Source: Rhizophagus irregularis (lineage: Eukaryota). Taken from it: a stretch of DNA of 64,000 nucleotides. Where the stretch lies: positions 5,022,001-5,086,000 of the forward strand of contig NC_089430.1 of the NCBI RefSeq assembly GCF_026210795.1, written 5' to 3'. Below the pieces are notes generated by a model that ran no database searches, was not told the DNA's origin, and saw only the letters and a program-made list of their open reading frames with translations. The translations under genes were made by a program, and so were the position numbers. Below are positions 61,429-64,000 of this stretch, piece by piece; positions within the stretch are counted from its first letter, which is position 1; every line of letters starts with the position of its first letter.

Positions 61429-64000
61429 GTATAAATAATATTTACTATTCTGTAAATTCTGTAAATTTAGATTATTACGAAAGAAAAAATAGAGAATATG
61501 TTACTAAGGAACTTAATATTGATATCAATAACAGATAATTTAACATTGAGTCAAATTTTTTTATATTGCCAATTTTTGCGGATTATACATTAACTTTTCA
61601 CTAATAGTTGGATAGAAAAATGGAAAAATAAATTTAAAAATAAGTACACTATTTCCAATAAAAAATATTACAATGCATTTCCAAAAATTTTTTATAATTT
61701 CATTTGTAGAAATAAACATCATAACGCGGAATGATAGTTGCCTAGCTTTAAAAATTAATTTGCAGAAATTATTATTAATTCATTTTATTAAAGATAAAAT
61801 AAATGGTTTTTTTTTCAGGGTTAATTTCACTAACATGCGTGGTGGTAACGTAATATCCATATACATTATAAAGTTTTTTTAGTTTATGACTACTATAACC
61901 TGTTGTATTGCAACAGGATAAATCAAATGATGAAATTTCTGGTATATATTTAAGAAAATTAGTTATTACCGTTACATACTATGTTAATTTAGAGCTTTTA
62001 TTTATTTATAATTTGGATTATAATGTGAGTGAAAAATAAAAATTGATTATAATAATTAATAACTAATAAAAAGAATATTAAAATAAGTATTAATTATCTA
62101 CCAATTATTTAATTTTATTTTTTTGGCTGGATACTTTTTAATTATTTTGAACTGGTTCAGAATTTTAGGATTTTAATTATATAAAAACAAATGTTTATTA
62201 ATAAATTATGCAAAATGTTTTGAATATGCAAAATAAAGATTTTATTAAAGTGCGAATATACAGAAGCAACAGGACTTTTAATTTTTTTAAAAAAGAAACT
62301 TAGTATTTTCCTTGTCAAATCAAACATGATTTTTAAGGCAATTTAATGAATAAAAAGCTTACGCACAGCACATCTATACTTATCCTCTTTTTTGAGTTTT
62401 TTTATCTTGATTACTTGATTTATCATGTTTTTAAGATGGTAAAGAAGTGACTTTAAATTCATATCAATTATTCTTGTATTATATAAATCGCTTATCTAAT
62501 AAAAATCATAAATTTTCAATTTAATAACTCAATCTAATCTTGATCTCACATCCCATCCTAACCCTCGGACCCTAATTCCGCACCCTAATCTATATCTAAT
62601 ACCATAACTTAATCTTACCTCTAATTTTGCACCTTAATCCATATTCCATACTCCTAATTCCTTACCAATATGTCATCATTATCTGTGGTATTTGATTAAA
62701 GAGAATTTACAAGAGTTTGTGATAATTTGTAAATAAGTTGTAAGATATGAAAAAAAAATGAAAAAATAATTCGAGGGAAATGAGAAAGAAAAGATATGAG
62801 AGTAAGATTCAAAAAAAAAAAAAAAAAATTTGTAGGAAAAGAAAAAATGAAAAATGTTTATAGAAAATTGAGCTATTATAGTGTCACATGAGATACTGGT
62901 ATCCCTGGTACAAGTGTTCAAATTTACTTTTTTAAAATCATATTTATTCCAACTAAAAAAATCATACAATATATTTAAATAAAAAATATTTATTTCGATT
63001 ACATCATAACACTTGCCCGATCCAAACCTAAAAGGCAAAAGAACTGCTCGCCGTAGTACCGCAGCGTTGATCTAATCACTGATCCAAACCTAAAAGGTGA
63101 AAGAATGAAAAATGCCACGGGTTTAATAAATACTGGAATGAACAAAAAAAAAATAAAAATTTCAAAAAATATTAAAAATAAAATTCCGATATTGAAAAGA
63201 CTGGAGAACAAAAAAAAATAAAAAAAAAATAATTCAAAAAAATCTAATCTTACAAACCAGAAAATAAATTTAATAAAAGATAAAAAATCTGATTTAAAAA
63301 ACTGGAAGTTTAATAAAAATCCAATTTCTAAAAGACCGGAAAAATAAAAAGTTTAATAAAAAATTAAAAATCTGGTTTTGAAAAGATTGAAAGAATTTAA
63401 AAAAAAATCCGATTTATAAAACCGGATAATGGAAAGTAATTTCGGGTTAACTGTTATCTCAGTTTAGCCGTTAAAAACAAAACCAATCAAAGTTTAATTG
63501 GAAAAAACTGAAGAACCGAATAAAAAATTTATTAAGTAATTTCAGTTGGTTTAACCATTAAAGGAAAAACAGAAGGGAATAAAATTAAAAAAAAGTCCAT
63601 TCTACTACTGTAAAAAGAAATATGATTAAATAAGATAGACTTTTTTCGCAAAAAAAATTTATCAAGTCAAAAATTTCAATAGCCGGAATAAATTAAGGAC
63701 TGTCAGGACGTCCACATGACATTATAGCCGCGGAATAGATCGGGCGCAGACACATCATTTTCATGTTACACAATTCAAATTATTTATAGACCGCAATTTA
63801 AACGTGACAATCGTGACATTGATTATTTTTTATTATGTAATATAATAATTAACAATATTTTTTAATACTCAATATCTTAAATAATATCAACAGACGATGG
63901 TAATTTTAAGAAAAAAAATGAATAAATTCCAAATCAATTGTTATAATCCATTTGTAGAAGTATTGAAGTACATTATGTACTATTTTAATAATCATGTAAC

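Noticed and set aside
62530..62665. Interstitial telomeric repeat
   Set aside because: Only scattered CCCTAA/CCTAAT hexamers in a degenerate 6-periodic tract, not a tandem TTAGGG array.

Overview
Very AT-rich eukaryotic DNA with short GT-AG introns. The expanded tyrosine-kinase-like (TKL) kinases, a Crinkler-type effector and dense DNA-transposon debris suggest an arbuscular mycorrhizal fungus (Glomeromycotina, Rhizophagus-like); this is an inference from family content. The window holds four TKL kinase genes, each built from 2-8 tandem one-exon 'Cys-cluster + kinase N-lobe' modules ahead of one complete kinase, plus three relics. It also has a CRN gene (N-terminal domain + P-loop NTPase + PD-(D/E)XK nuclease), a decayed PIF/Harbinger element and about 15 MITEs or non-autonomous elements. 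The most striking structure is invisible in the ORF track. At 43211-45577, 23 consecutive AG-NNN-GT(AAGT) units followed by AG-A-GT read as 23 three-nucleotide exons and one 1-nt exon, separated by 75-119 nt introns. Spliced together they join an ATG-bearing leader in frame and without stops to a fifth TKL kinase, which now carries a MITE insertion and a frameshift. A second oddity is a 2.7 kb CMC/EnSpm-like element carrying about 15 short, apparently non-coding spliced exons. All splice models were read by eye and have no RNA support.
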